From Candidatus Brocadiia bacterium (GTDB lineage: Bacteria > Planctomycetota > Brocadiia > SM23-32): a stretch of 64,000 bases of DNA. Position 1 is the stretch's first letter. Each line of letters starts with the position of its first letter. The stretch spans positions 40,568-104,567 of the forward strand of contig JBKHIT010000010.1 in assembly GCA_046538485.1 (NCBI GenBank). The letters run 5' to 3'. A model generated the notes under the pieces. That model worked only from the letters and a program-made list of their open reading frames with translations, was not told where the DNA came from and ran no database searches. Below are positions 22,661-32,379 of this stretch, piece after piece. A program made the position numbers and the translations under genes.

Positions 22661-23149
22661 ATGGAAGGTAAGTGCTGGATATTCGGCGACGATATCAATA
22701 CCGACGAAATCATTCCGGCCCGATACCTGAATACCACCGATCCCGAAGAACTGGCCGCCCACTGTATGGAAGACGCCGACGCCAATTTCGTCAGTAAAGC
22801 CGAACCCGGAGATATCATAGTCGGCGGCAGAAACTTTGGTTGCGGTTCCAGCCGCGAACACGCCCCTATCGCTATCAAAGGTTTCGGAATCCAGTGCGTT
22901 GTCGCGGAATCATTTGCCCGCATATTTTTCCGCAACTGCATCAACATCGGCCTCCCCATTGCCGAATGTCCCGATGCCGCCTCCGAAGTGAAAGAAGGCG
23001 ATGTGCTGGAAATCGATGTTGAAGAAGGACGGATTACAAACACCAGCCAGGGCAAAACCTACGACTTCCGCCCCTATCCAGAAGAAATCCGCGGTATCAT
23101 TAAAGCTGGGGGGCTGATGAATTTCGCCCGCCAGCTCAAGACAGAATAA
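22661..23149 (+). CDS. leuD: 3-isopropylmalate dehydratase small subunit
   Basis: GDDINTDEIIPARYL, NFGCGSSREHAP, SFARIFFRNCINIGLP. Confidence 0.95.
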   Translation: MEGKCWIFGDDINTDEIIPARYLNTTDPEELAAHCMEDADANFVSKAEPGDIIVGGRNFGCGSSREHAPIAIKGFGIQCVVAESFARIFFRNCINIGLPIAECPDAASEVKEGDVLEIDVEEGRITNTSQGKTYDFRPYPEEIRGIIKAGGLMNFARQLKTE

Positions 23150-23555
23150 GACCGTCAGGACGCTTCATAATTCAGCTCTATTCAAAGCTCCTTCTGCCGA
23201 CTGCCCTCATGCTCCCAAAGTGCCCCGATAGCGCCTCCCCGCTAAACCGAATGTTTCATGAATTCAAGGGGATAATTATTGTAGGATCTTGCTCAAATAC
23301 GCTTTACGTGAAAAAGTCAGGGTATGTTTTTTGTGCGCAGGGTGTACTGAGAAATCTAAAAAACGAAAGAAAGAATTTCAAAAATACTTGCAACAGGTCT
23401 TCTTTTATGTATCATTATGCTTAGTTGCTGGTATGTTTTTGGCAAGCTCAGGAGACGGGATTTGGCAAAAAGAATGGAAATGGCAGATACAGGGTTTTGA
23501 TAAGCTCCGCTTAATTCGCGGTGCGGGGCAAGATTTTACAGGAGAGGAGAAGTCT

Positions 23556-24461
23556 ATGGTAGCAGCAATTATTGGGACTATTATAGCGGTCATTCTGGGT
23601 GTTGTAGCGATCATCGTCTATATCGTGGGAGCTCGTCCGCAGAAGCCCTGGGGCACTCCAGTAATGGCAATTTGCGTAATCGGTGCTGTCGCTGCCGTTT
23701 TTGCGCAGCAATTTGATCTTTTCGAGAAAGCAGGGCGACGGCGTGGTCCCCGTTACATGGAACTTCAAAAAATGGGTGAAGGCTTCAAGGGCCAACTGTC
23801 CGAAGGCGCCCGAGTGATAATTTTCCGCACTCCTTACGAGATGATGGAGCCGGGAATGATGCCTCCCCCCGAAGAAATGCCGGAAGGTACTTCATCGGAA
23901 GAGTACCGCAAAGAAATGGAGGATATGCGGGCTCAGATGGAAGAGCAAAAGGTCAAGCAGACCAAAGAGATGGAGAAAGCCTTCGAAAAAGGTCTCGGCG
24001 CAGATATCGAATTGGTAGCCTGCACGGCTCCTAAAGTTAAAGGTGCCAAGCCAGGGATGGAAATGGCTGATGCCGCCGGACCAATGGGCAATTTCCCCGC
24101 ACCAGCATTCTCTCGAGTCCTGGACAAGTACAAAGATCAGGGGCTTGACGCCTGGATCTCAACCATTGGCCTTCCCCGGGCTATGGACGAAGAATTCTCC
24201 CCTCAACTCCAATACGTGAGCAGTTTTAAATGGAGCAATCCTCCGGCTGTCGGAGTGCATGTCGGCATGGCATACAACCCCGCTGAAATAAAGGGGTACA
24301 TGGGCCACGACAAACTGGATGTTGCGGTGCTCCAGGATATGAAGGGAGAGGGCAAAAACGTCGAACGCATCTGGAAAGTTATAACTAAAGATACTCTTTC
24401 CGAACTACCCGCTGAACCTTCGGAACAGTATAAAAGTATGATGGGCACTGGTGCTCCATAA
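23556..24461 (+). CDS. Hypothetical membrane-anchored protein
   Basis: GGAGAGGAG RBS before ATG 23556; two N-terminal TM helices; followed by a terminator. Confidence 0.75.
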   Translation: MVAAIIGTIIAVILGVVAIIVYIVGARPQKPWGTPVMAICVIGAVAAVFAQQFDLFEKAGRRRGPRYMELQKMGEGFKGQLSEGARVIIFRTPYEMMEPGMMPPPEEMPEGTSSEEYRKEMEDMRAQMEEQKVKQTKEMEKAFEKGLGADIELVACTAPKVKGAKPGMEMADAAGPMGNFPAPAFSRVLDKYKDQGLDAWISTIGLPRAMDEEFSPQLQYVSSFKWSNPPAVGVHVGMAYNPAEIKGYMGHDKLDVAVLQDMKGEGKNVERIWKVITKDTLSELPAEPSEQYKSMMGTGAP

Positions 24462-24492
24462 ATAAAGCTGCTGTTCCAGAAAGATGCTTGCC

Positions 24493-24526
24493 GCCCGGAT
24501 CGATTTGTCGGTCCGGGCTTTTTTTT
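24493..24526 (+). terminator. Rho-independent terminator
   Basis: GCCCGGATCGA-TTTG-TCGGTCCGGGC followed by a T-run. Confidence 0.85.
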
Positions 24527-24701
24527 CTGAGCCTCACCGGGAAAACAGGCAAAACAATCATCTTTGACTGGCATATCCGATTCTCTTCCAAAGGGAATGA
24601 ACTCATTTGTAAGCATCTCTGTGGTCGTGAAATTGCTGTTTGCTTATCCTATAATGCGGGTTTCGCACATCAGTAAAAGGTACAGGAAGAGGATATAAGC
24701 T

Positions 24702-25694
24702 ATCGACAAAAACAGTGCCCATCAGATTTGGGAAACTCTAACCGACGGCACACCGATCGTTGTCACTTCCCATCAGAACCTCGACGGAGACGGTGCGGGC
24801 GCTGCCCTTGCGTTATGGAATGGACTCAATAAAAGCGCCATCAAATGTCTGACCTATTTCAAGCCTCCCATCCCGAAAGCTCTTCAATCGTTGCCGGGAT
24901 TAGGAGAACACGTAGAAAATATCACAGAACTTCCGTCCCGCTTTCATCTTGTGGTTTTGGACTGCGGATCAATCGATAGAATCGGAGAACTCTCACGCGA
25001 AAAAACCCGATTCGTTAAGATTATCAATATTGACCATCATCGAACCAATGATTTTTTTGGCCATCAAAATCTCGTAGAGCAAACGGTAAGCTCTACCGCA
25101 GAACTGGTGTACCGCATACTGAAAACCGGCGATGTATGCTTCGAAGAATCTATTGCTCGCTGTCTGTATGCTGCGATACTGACCGATACCGGCTCTTTCA
25201 CTTTCAGTAATACGACCCCGCAAGCATTCGAAATTGCAGCCGAACTGGTTCATCTTGGCGTCGAGCCCTGGCGGCTTGCCGACAAACTATATTTTTCTCC
25301 TCCAGAAGAAGTCGTGCGCCTGAAAGGGCTTGCCATCAGCACTCTCCGGTTGGAGAAAAACGGCAGAGTCGCTACCATGAAAATAACCGAAGATATGTTT
25401 CGGCAAACAGGTGCATGCCCCGTTGATACACAGGGTTTCGCTGATATACCCATTTCCGTGCGAAATGTGGAAGTCTCAGCCCTGTTAAAAGAAATAAAGG
25501 GAAATCCAAAACCACCCTGCATAAAAATCAGTCTCCGTAGCCGTGCTGCGAGGCAGCCAGTTGACGTCTGTGCTGTCGCTGAGTCTTTCGGTGGCGGAGG
25601 CCACCGGCACGCGGCAGGGTGTGAAATGGAAGTCGATATTGATGAAGCACGCAAAATAATCGTTGAAACTCTGAGCCAGGAACTTGAACCATGA
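24702..25694 (+). CDS. nrnA: DHH-family phosphoesterase (NrnA-like nanoRNase/pAp phosphatase), apparent ATC start
   Basis: TSHQNLDGDGAGA (motif I, upstream of the ORF-track start), VLDCG, NIDHH, ILTDTGSF, ISLRS, FGGGGHRHAAG. Confidence 0.85.
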   Translation: MDKNSAHQIWETLTDGTPIVVTSHQNLDGDGAGAALALWNGLNKSAIKCLTYFKPPIPKALQSLPGLGEHVENITELPSRFHLVVLDCGSIDRIGELSREKTRFVKIINIDHHRTNDFFGHQNLVEQTVSSTAELVYRILKTGDVCFEESIARCLYAAILTDTGSFTFSNTTPQAFEIAAELVHLGVEPWRLADKLYFSPPEEVVRLKGLAISTLRLEKNGRVATMKITEDMFRQTGACPVDTQGFADIPISVRNVEVSALLKEIKGNPKPPCIKISLRSRAARQPVDVCAVAESFGGGGHRHAAGCEMEVDIDEARKIIVETLSQELEP

Positions 25695-27592
25695 GTAATT
25701 TTCTGGATTCCATCGAATCGCCAGAGGATCTTCGGACTCTCACTCGCGGGCAACTCCGGAGACTCTCGGAAGAGGTGCGCGAGCTTATTATCGAGGTCAT
25801 CAGCCAAAATGGAGGGCACCTGGCCAGCAACCTCGGAGTCGTTGAACTAACAGTCGCCCTCCACTACTGCTTCGATTTCCTGAAAGACGCGCTGATCTGG
25901 GACGTCGGACATCAGTGCTATACGCATAAAATCCTCACCGGTAGAAAAGAGTCATTCCACACTCTCCGCCAGGAAAACGGTATTAGCGGATTCGCTAATA
26001 AAGAAGAAAGTCCTTACGACAGATTTTCCTTCGGCCATACGGGGACAAGTCTCAGCGCCGCCCTCGGCCTGGCCTGTGCATCTGAAATTACTGACGAAGG
26101 CCGCCGAATTGTTGCCGTCATTGGGGACGGCGCCATCGCCAGCGGTATGCCCTTCGAAGCGCTGAACCACGCTGGAGATACTGAAAAAAACCTTCTGTTC
26201 ATCTTGAATGATAACGAAATGAGCATTTCCCCCTCCGTGGGAGGCGTGGCAGGATATCTCAGTAAAATACGTTCCAGCACGCCTTACATGGGTCTTAAAA
26301 GAGAGATTCAAGAACTCACCTCCCGCTGGCAGTCGGCTCTTAAAGGCTTTAATACCCTCTACGGACGGCTTTCCGACGGCCTCCAGAGCGCTCTGACACC
26401 CGGCGGCCTGTTTGTAGAACTCGGATTTCATTACTACGGGCCGGTCGACGGACACGACCTGGGAGAACTTATCGATGCCCTGAACCATATGAAACGTATC
26501 GAAGGGCCCGTATTGCTCCACGTGCTGACAGAAAAAGGGAAAGGGTTCAAGCCAGCCCATGAAGACCCAACCGGGTTTCATAGCAGCGGAACGTTTCGAT
26601 TCGAAAACGGTAAAATCTGCACTCCCGAAGAAGATATCGCCGAGAAAGACGAAGATGAAAACCAAATCCCGTCGTGGTCGGAGACAATGGGAGACATTAT
26701 TCTGCGGAAAGCTCGGCAAAACGAACGGATCGTTTCCATCACAGCCGCAATGTGCCACGGAACGGGCCTCCGCGATTTTTCGGAAGAGTTTCCGGACCGC
26801 TTCTACGACGTCGGTATCTGCGAACAACATGGGCTGGGGTTCGCCGGCGGCCTGGCGGCCGCAAATCTCAACCCTGTCTTCTGCATCTATTCGACATTCC
26901 TGCAGCGGGCTTTCGATCAGCTCTTCCACGATATCGCACTCCAGAAAGCACATGTCATCTTCGGAATCGATCGTGCCGGTCTGGTCGGTAACGATGGTCC
27001 AACGCACCATGGACTCCACGACATCGCCTGCTGCCGCTCTTTCCCGGGATTTGTGGTTATGGCTCCCGCGGACCAGCATGAGCTGGAAATCATGTTCAAC
27101 CTCGCCCTCGATGCCGAACAGCCCTGCGCAATCCGCTATCCCCGGGAAAAAATGCCCCCGGAAAACTTCTCTACCGAACAGGATTTCGCAATCGGACAGG
27201 CCGAATACCTGGCGGAGGGCGAAGACGCAGCGATTGTCGGCTACGGGGCTATGGTGAGTCGAGCCGTCCAAGCGGCGGCAATTCTTGAAGACCAAAATCA
27301 TTCAATAACAGTTGTGAACGCCCGATTTGCCAAGCCAGTCGACAGGGAACTTCTGGTAGAAGTAGTCGAAAACCACAAAGCCGTCCTGCTTGCTGAAGAC
27401 CATTCAGAAGCCGCGGGATTCGGTAGCGCGGTAATGGAAACACTCTCGCGTGAAGGAATCAATGCTTCCAACGTGCGCATCGCCGGCGTGCCGGACCAGT
27501 TTATTCCACACGCCACTCGCGACAGTCAGCTCACACACCTTGAACTGGATCCGGAAGGTCTCGCCCAACGAGTTCAACGCATGCTTGGCTGA
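25691..27592 (+). CDS. dxs: 1-deoxy-D-xylulose-5-phosphate synthase
   Basis: GGHLASNLGVVELT, WDVGHQCYTHKILTGR, GDGA...NDNEMSI, DVGICEQH, IYSTFLQRAFDQ, DRAGLVG. Confidence 0.97.
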   Translation: MSNFLDSIESPEDLRTLTRGQLRRLSEEVRELIIEVISQNGGHLASNLGVVELTVALHYCFDFLKDALIWDVGHQCYTHKILTGRKESFHTLRQENGISGFANKEESPYDRFSFGHTGTSLSAALGLACASEITDEGRRIVAVIGDGAIASGMPFEALNHAGDTEKNLLFILNDNEMSISPSVGGVAGYLSKIRSSTPYMGLKREIQELTSRWQSALKGFNTLYGRLSDGLQSALTPGGLFVELGFHYYGPVDGHDLGELIDALNHMKRIEGPVLLHVLTEKGKGFKPAHEDPTGFHSSGTFRFENGKICTPEEDIAEKDEDENQIPSWSETMGDIILRKARQNERIVSITAAMCHGTGLRDFSEEFPDRFYDVGICEQHGLGFAGGLAAANLNPVFCIYSTFLQRAFDQLFHDIALQKAHVIFGIDRAGLVGNDGPTHHGLHDIACCRSFPGFVVMAPADQHELEIMFNLALDAEQPCAIRYPREKMPPENFSTEQDFAIGQAEYLAEGEDAAIVGYGAMVSRAVQAAAILEDQNHSITVVNARFAKPVDRELLVEVVENHKAVLLAEDHSEAAGFGSAVMETLSREGINASNVRIAGVPDQFIPHATRDSQLTHLELDPEGLAQRVQRMLG

Positions 27593-27698
27593 TCCTCGCC
27601 AATGCCGGGTTGATAATGAATTCTGCCCTGCGTACACTATGCTCCGACCGTAAAAATCATTCCACTCAGACCAAATACCGAAATGAGAGGACCTAACG

Positions 27699-28595
27699 AT
27701 GGAATTAAAAGGTGTCATGCCGGCTCTGCTGACGTGCTACGACAAAAACGGCGATATTGCTACGGATAATCTGGAAGACTTTATCGGATTTTTTCTGGAA
27801 AGGGGCTGCAACGGTTTTTTCGTCGGTGGATCCTCCGGTGAAGGTCTCCTCCAGGATGTCGAAGAACGGGCTGAATATACCGCAGCAGTCGTTAGTGCCG
27901 TCGCCGGCGAAGTGCCGGTTATCGCCCACGTGGGTTCACTAGCGACTCAGGACGCCTGCGAGCTGAGCCGGCGCGCGGCAGAAGCCGGCGCGGACCTGGT
28001 CGGGTCCGTCCTTCCCATTTACTATGCCATCAGCACCGAAGGAACCGTCGATTATTACCGTAGCATCAGCGAAGCGGCCGATCTCCCGGTGCTCGTTTAC
28101 TACCTTGCCCAAACCGGCGCCGTCCTCGAAGCCAAAGAGTTTGCCGAAACGATTGCCACCATCCCCGGTGTAAGTGCCATGAAATACACCTCCGCCGAAC
28201 TGGAAACGTTCTGCAAAATCATCGATCGCACCGACCATAGTCTCAGCATGATCATGGGATGCGACCAGCTCTTCCTCCCCGCACTCACCGTTGGCGCGGA
28301 CGCCGCCATAGGTACGACCTATAACTTTATGCCCGAAATCTTCGTGGGGATCTACGAAGCTTACCAGGAAGGCAATATCCAGAAAGCCCAAACCTTGATG
28401 CAGCGCGGCTTTCAAATCATTTTTGCCTTGAAACAAAAATATCCGGTACTGGAAGCGTCAAGAGAAATCCTCAGAATCAGAGGCTGGGATACGGGGCACT
28501 GCCGAGGACCGCTGGAAAAATTGACGGACGGGCAATGCGAAGAGTTGCGCGAGGATCTCGAACGAATCGACTTTTTCTCCGATCCAATTGTCTGA
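27699..28595 (+). CDS. DapA/NanA-family aldolase (N-acetylneuraminate lyase-like)
   Basis: GVMPALLT, GGSSGEG, VIAHVG, catalytic Y and MKYT, GAD.AIGTTYN. Confidence 0.85.
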   Translation: MELKGVMPALLTCYDKNGDIATDNLEDFIGFFLERGCNGFFVGGSSGEGLLQDVEERAEYTAAVVSAVAGEVPVIAHVGSLATQDACELSRRAAEAGADLVGSVLPIYYAISTEGTVDYYRSISEAADLPVLVYYLAQTGAVLEAKEFAETIATIPGVSAMKYTSAELETFCKIIDRTDHSLSMIMGCDQLFLPALTVGADAAIGTTYNFMPEIFVGIYEAYQEGNIQKAQTLMQRGFQIIFALKQKYPVLEASREILRIRGWDTGHCRGPLEKLTDGQCEELREDLERIDFFSDPIV

Positions 28596-28641
28596 TCCAA
28601 AGCTCCAGCGGGACGAATAACAGTTTCCGGGAGGCGACATC

Positions 28642-29817
28642 ATGGAAAAGAGTTCTATACTCAGAGCAGGGTACGTCAGCAATGCCCGGAGAATCGTCGT
28701 AAAAGTCGGCACTAACGTGCTGACAGGGCCCGCACAGTCCCTCGACGAAAGCCGCGTCGATACACTCAGCGAACAGATCGCCTGCCTGACCGATCAAGGC
28801 CGAGAAATCGCTCTGGTCTCCAGCGGCGCCATCGGCGCCGGTATGGCCGAACTCGCCCTCCCCGACCGACCACGTACACTGCCGGAACTTCAGGCCACCG
28901 CGAGCGTCGGACAGGGCCGGCTGGTCTCGCGCTACGAACTGAGCCTCCATAAACACGGCATCCACGCCGGACAAATTCTGCTCACGCGAGATGATTTCGA
29001 CTCCCGATCGCGTTACCTTAACGCCAGCAACACCATTCACGCGCTCTTCGACGCCGATTGCTTACCCGTCATCAATGAAAACGATACTATCAGCACCGAT
29101 GAAATACGCTTCGGTGACAACGATCTGCTCGCCGCTTTCGTCACACACATGATTCGCGCGGAATTGCTCGTGCTGCTCACAAGCGTGCCGGGACTCTGCG
29201 CCCCCGAACCCTATCCCAACGCTGTTCGCTCAGTCCACGATAATCTCAGCGGCGACCACGGAAACGTATTAGATGTCGTGGAGACGGTCGATGAGGACAT
29301 TCAAAAACTGGCTCTGGACGAAACAAGCCCCGGCGGAACCGGCGGCATGCAGACAAAACTCGAGGCCGCACGTATCGCCACTGAAGCCGGCGAAGCGGCC
29401 CTGATTGCCGACGGACGAACCGACAATATTTTGCTCGATCTGATGAACGGGAAACGGCTTGGCACCTTGTTTCTGCCCGCGGACGAGCGGCTGGCCAGCC
29501 GAAAACGCTGGATCCGGTTCAGCCGGCGGCCAAAAGGCGACATCTTCGTCGACGAAGGCGCCCGCGCAGCGCTCGAAGAACGCGGCAAAAGCCTGCTTCC
29601 AAGCGGCATCACCACCGTGAAAGGTGATTTTTCCTCCGGGGATGTTGTGCGAATCAAGGGCCCGGATGGCGAAGAATTCGCCCGGGGACTGACAAATTAC
29701 ACCGCCGAAGAGGTGGACAGTATCAAAGGACTGAAGACCTCCCGCATCGAACCCACACTCGGTCACAAATACTACGACGAAGTCGTCCATCGCGATAACC
29801 TCGCCCTGCTGTCGTAG
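28642..29817 (+). CDS. proB: Glutamate 5-kinase with PUA domain
   Basis: VVKVGT, VSSGAI, INENDT, FGDND, GTGGMQTKLEAA, KSLLPSGI, VHRDNL. Confidence 0.96.
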   Translation: MEKSSILRAGYVSNARRIVVKVGTNVLTGPAQSLDESRVDTLSEQIACLTDQGREIALVSSGAIGAGMAELALPDRPRTLPELQATASVGQGRLVSRYELSLHKHGIHAGQILLTRDDFDSRSRYLNASNTIHALFDADCLPVINENDTISTDEIRFGDNDLLAAFVTHMIRAELLVLLTSVPGLCAPEPYPNAVRSVHDNLSGDHGNVLDVVETVDEDIQKLALDETSPGGTGGMQTKLEAARIATEAGEAALIADGRTDNILLDLMNGKRLGTLFLPADERLASRKRWIRFSRRPKGDIFVDEGARAALEERGKSLLPSGITTVKGDFSSGDVVRIKGPDGEEFARGLTNYTAEEVDSIKGLKTSRIEPTLGHKYYDEVVHRDNLALLS

Positions 29818-29895
29818 GAACCGCAAATCCCAATAGTCCGCGGTTCCAGGGAACTCCCAGTGAACAAAAACTCGTGTCTATCAGTATCCCCCTGA

Positions 29896-30154
29896 AGCAC
29901 AGGCTTTCCAGCCTGTGGACCGGGTTTTCAGGCCCGGGTTTTGCACTGGATCCCTGGCGACGCAGACTCGCCACATGGCAGGGCCGCGCGCGGGGAAAAC
30001 TGGACTTGAGGCGGAAAACTTCCGGAAAATGCCAGAAATCTGTGCGTGTTTACCCCAGAAATACCGCTTCATGGGTCATTGCGAGTTCATCGCAAGATGG
30101 GCGAAGCAATCCCGTCGTTTTGTTGGCCCAACAGCGGAATTGCCGCGCAATGAG
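29896..30154. repeat. Mosaic of palindromic repeats (CACAGGCTTTCCAGCCTGTG hairpin, family A fragment, TCATTGCGAG-type REP)
   Basis: 29996-30035 matches the reverse complement of family A; 30060-30112 resembles 13580-13620. Confidence 0.7.
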
Positions 30155-30317
30155 GTGTGAGCTTAAATCCCACACGTAGAAGCTAAACTCGTACAAACCC
30201 GGCGGCTCGAAACCTTCTTCTGATATTTACTTTTTGCCTTCCGTCCCGCCGCAAGATATTATACGAAACCGCATTTCAGTCGATCAAGACTAATAAACAT
30301 AGGAGTTCAACCTCTTC

Positions 30318-32084
30318 ATGAACGCAAAAAACCCTAACGTTATTATTGTTATCACCGATGATCAGGGATACGGTGACCTGGGTTGTCACGGCAACCCCGT
30401 GGCGCATACACCCGAGATGGATGCACTTCACGACGAAAGTATCCGCTTGACCGATTTCCACGCTGCCCCGATGTGCACCCCAACCCGTGGACAGTTGTTC
30501 TCCGGGCTGGATGCGGCCCGAAACGGGGCTGTCAATGTGAGCAGCGGACGGTCTCTGCTGCGGCCCGATCTCACGACAATGGCCGAGGTTTTCAAAAGCA
30601 ACGGCTACCGCACCGGCATGTTCGGCAAATGGCACCTCGGGGATAACTACCCATATCGACCCCAGGATCGTGGTTTCGAAGAATCACTGTGGTTCCCCTC
30701 CTCTCATATCAGCTCTCTGCCCGATTACTGGGAAAACGACTATTTCGACGACGTTTATTGCCACAACGGTGTTCGAGAACGGCACGAGGGATATTGCACC
30801 AGCGTGTTTTTCCAGGAAGCCATGGAGTGGATGAAACAGCGCATCGACGCCCGCGAACCTTTCCTCACGTATCTGCCAACCAACGCTCCTCATGCCCCGC
30901 TATGGGTCCCCCCCGAGGACCGAGAGCTGATTGAGGCTGAATTTGAGAAAAACGAGTCTCTTCTGCCCGCTCTGGAGGACGATCTCCGAACGAGGGTGAT
31001 CCGATTCCTGGCAATGATCCATAACGTGGACCGGCATCTTGGGCAATTGAGAGATCTTCTGAAGAAAGAAGGCGCCAAACGTAATACAGTTCTCCTGTTT
31101 ATGACTGATAACGGAAGCACTTTTGGGCCTGCCTACTACAACGCCGGTATGCGTGGGGCAAAATGTGAACTGTGGGAAGGGGGACATCGCGTGCCCTGTT
31201 TTTTCCACTGGCCCGAAGGCAATTTCGGCGAACCCCGGGATGTCAGCGGCCTGACACAGGTGCAGGACATTCTTCCAACGCTGGTGGACATCTGTGATCT
31301 GCAGTGGAACGACGGGCCGGAGCTGGACGGGATAAGCCTGGCTCCCGCGCTGCGTGGAGAGAAACCGGTGCCGGAGGAAAGGATGCTACCTGTTAATTAC
31401 AGTCGCATGCCGGGGAAACTGGATTATCCTTCCCCGGAAAGTCCCTCCGTCGTACGTCGGGATGGAGCGGCCGTGCTCTGGAAACGCTGGCGGCTGCTCC
31501 GAGGAACTGAGCTGTATAACCTCGAGGATGATCCGGAGCAACAGGAGAATGTCATCGAGCAACATCCGGATGTGGCCAATAAAATGCGTGAGTATCTCGA
31601 TGAATGGTGGGAAAGTGTCGAACCTCAGGCCAACCAGGTTCAGCGGATCATCATCGGCAGCGAAAATGAAAATCCCCTGATGTTGTCCGCCTGCGAGTGG
31701 AGAGACGTGTTCGTCGACCAACAGCGCCAGGTTCGGGTCGGGGTGCGAAAGAACAGCTACTGGCACCTCGAGGTCGAACAAGCCGGCAACTACACTTTTG
31801 AACTCCGTCGCTGGCCACAGGAAAGCGGGCTGAAACTCAGGGATGCATGTTCGGCAACGACCCTGACCGACGGTGAGATGCGTGAAGGCGTTCCCCTGCC
31901 GATCGCCCGGGCACGGATGTTGATCGATGGCCGGTGGCATGAACAGGACTTAGAGGATGACGCCGAGGCTGCCGTGTTTTCCGTCGAACTCAATCCGGGT
32001 CCAACCCTCTTGCACACCTGGTTTGACGATGAGTGGGGCCAGCCCCTCTGTGGAGCGTATTACGTATACGTAACACGTTGTTAA
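30318..32084 (+). CDS. Arylsulfatase (S1, Cys-type)
   Basis: PNVIIVITDDQGYGD, CTPTR formylglycine motif, FGKWHLG, TDNG, EGGHRVP. Confidence 0.95.
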   Translation: MNAKNPNVIIVITDDQGYGDLGCHGNPVAHTPEMDALHDESIRLTDFHAAPMCTPTRGQLFSGLDAARNGAVNVSSGRSLLRPDLTTMAEVFKSNGYRTGMFGKWHLGDNYPYRPQDRGFEESLWFPSSHISSLPDYWENDYFDDVYCHNGVRERHEGYCTSVFFQEAMEWMKQRIDAREPFLTYLPTNAPHAPLWVPPEDRELIEAEFEKNESLLPALEDDLRTRVIRFLAMIHNVDRHLGQLRDLLKKEGAKRNTVLLFMTDNGSTFGPAYYNAGMRGAKCELWEGGHRVPCFFHWPEGNFGEPRDVSGLTQVQDILPTLVDICDLQWNDGPELDGISLAPALRGEKPVPEERMLPVNYSRMPGKLDYPSPESPSVVRRDGAAVLWKRWRLLRGTELYNLEDDPEQQENVIEQHPDVANKMREYLDEWWESVEPQANQVQRIIIGSENENPLMLSACEWRDVFVDQQRQVRVGVRKNSYWHLEVEQAGNYTFELRRWPQESGLKLRDACSATTLTDGEMREGVPLPIARARMLIDGRWHEQDLEDDAEAAVFSVELNPGPTLLHTWFDDEWGQPLCGAYYVYVTRC

Positions 32085-32156
32085 ATGGGGTTAAGCCACT
32101 AACAGGATAGCCGCCAGGTGGACACCCGGTGAACCACTTTGTTGCGTGGCCCGTAT

Positions 32157-32300
32157 CGCAGGCTTCCAGCCTGCGCGCCGAAGGGGGGAGAGCGCGCCAA
32201 GCGGGACTTGAATCGGACAAAGCAAAAATGCTTGAAAGTTCCAAGGAACTCGGCCGCGTTCTGAACTCCAGCCTCCGGCTGAAGTCCAGTTTGCTCCGGG
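32157..32300 (-). repeat. REP-like hairpin plus family A short variant
   Basis: CGCAGGCTTCCAGCCTGCG hairpin; CCGCGTTCTGAACTCCAGCCTCCGGCTGAAGTCCAGT is the reverse complement of the family A core. Confidence 0.8.
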
Positions 32301-32379
32301 AAATGCTTCGCCTTTCTATCTTATCTTTCTACGTAATCTGCCATTCGCTTTCCAGCGATTCGCAGGAGGTAACGTCGAG

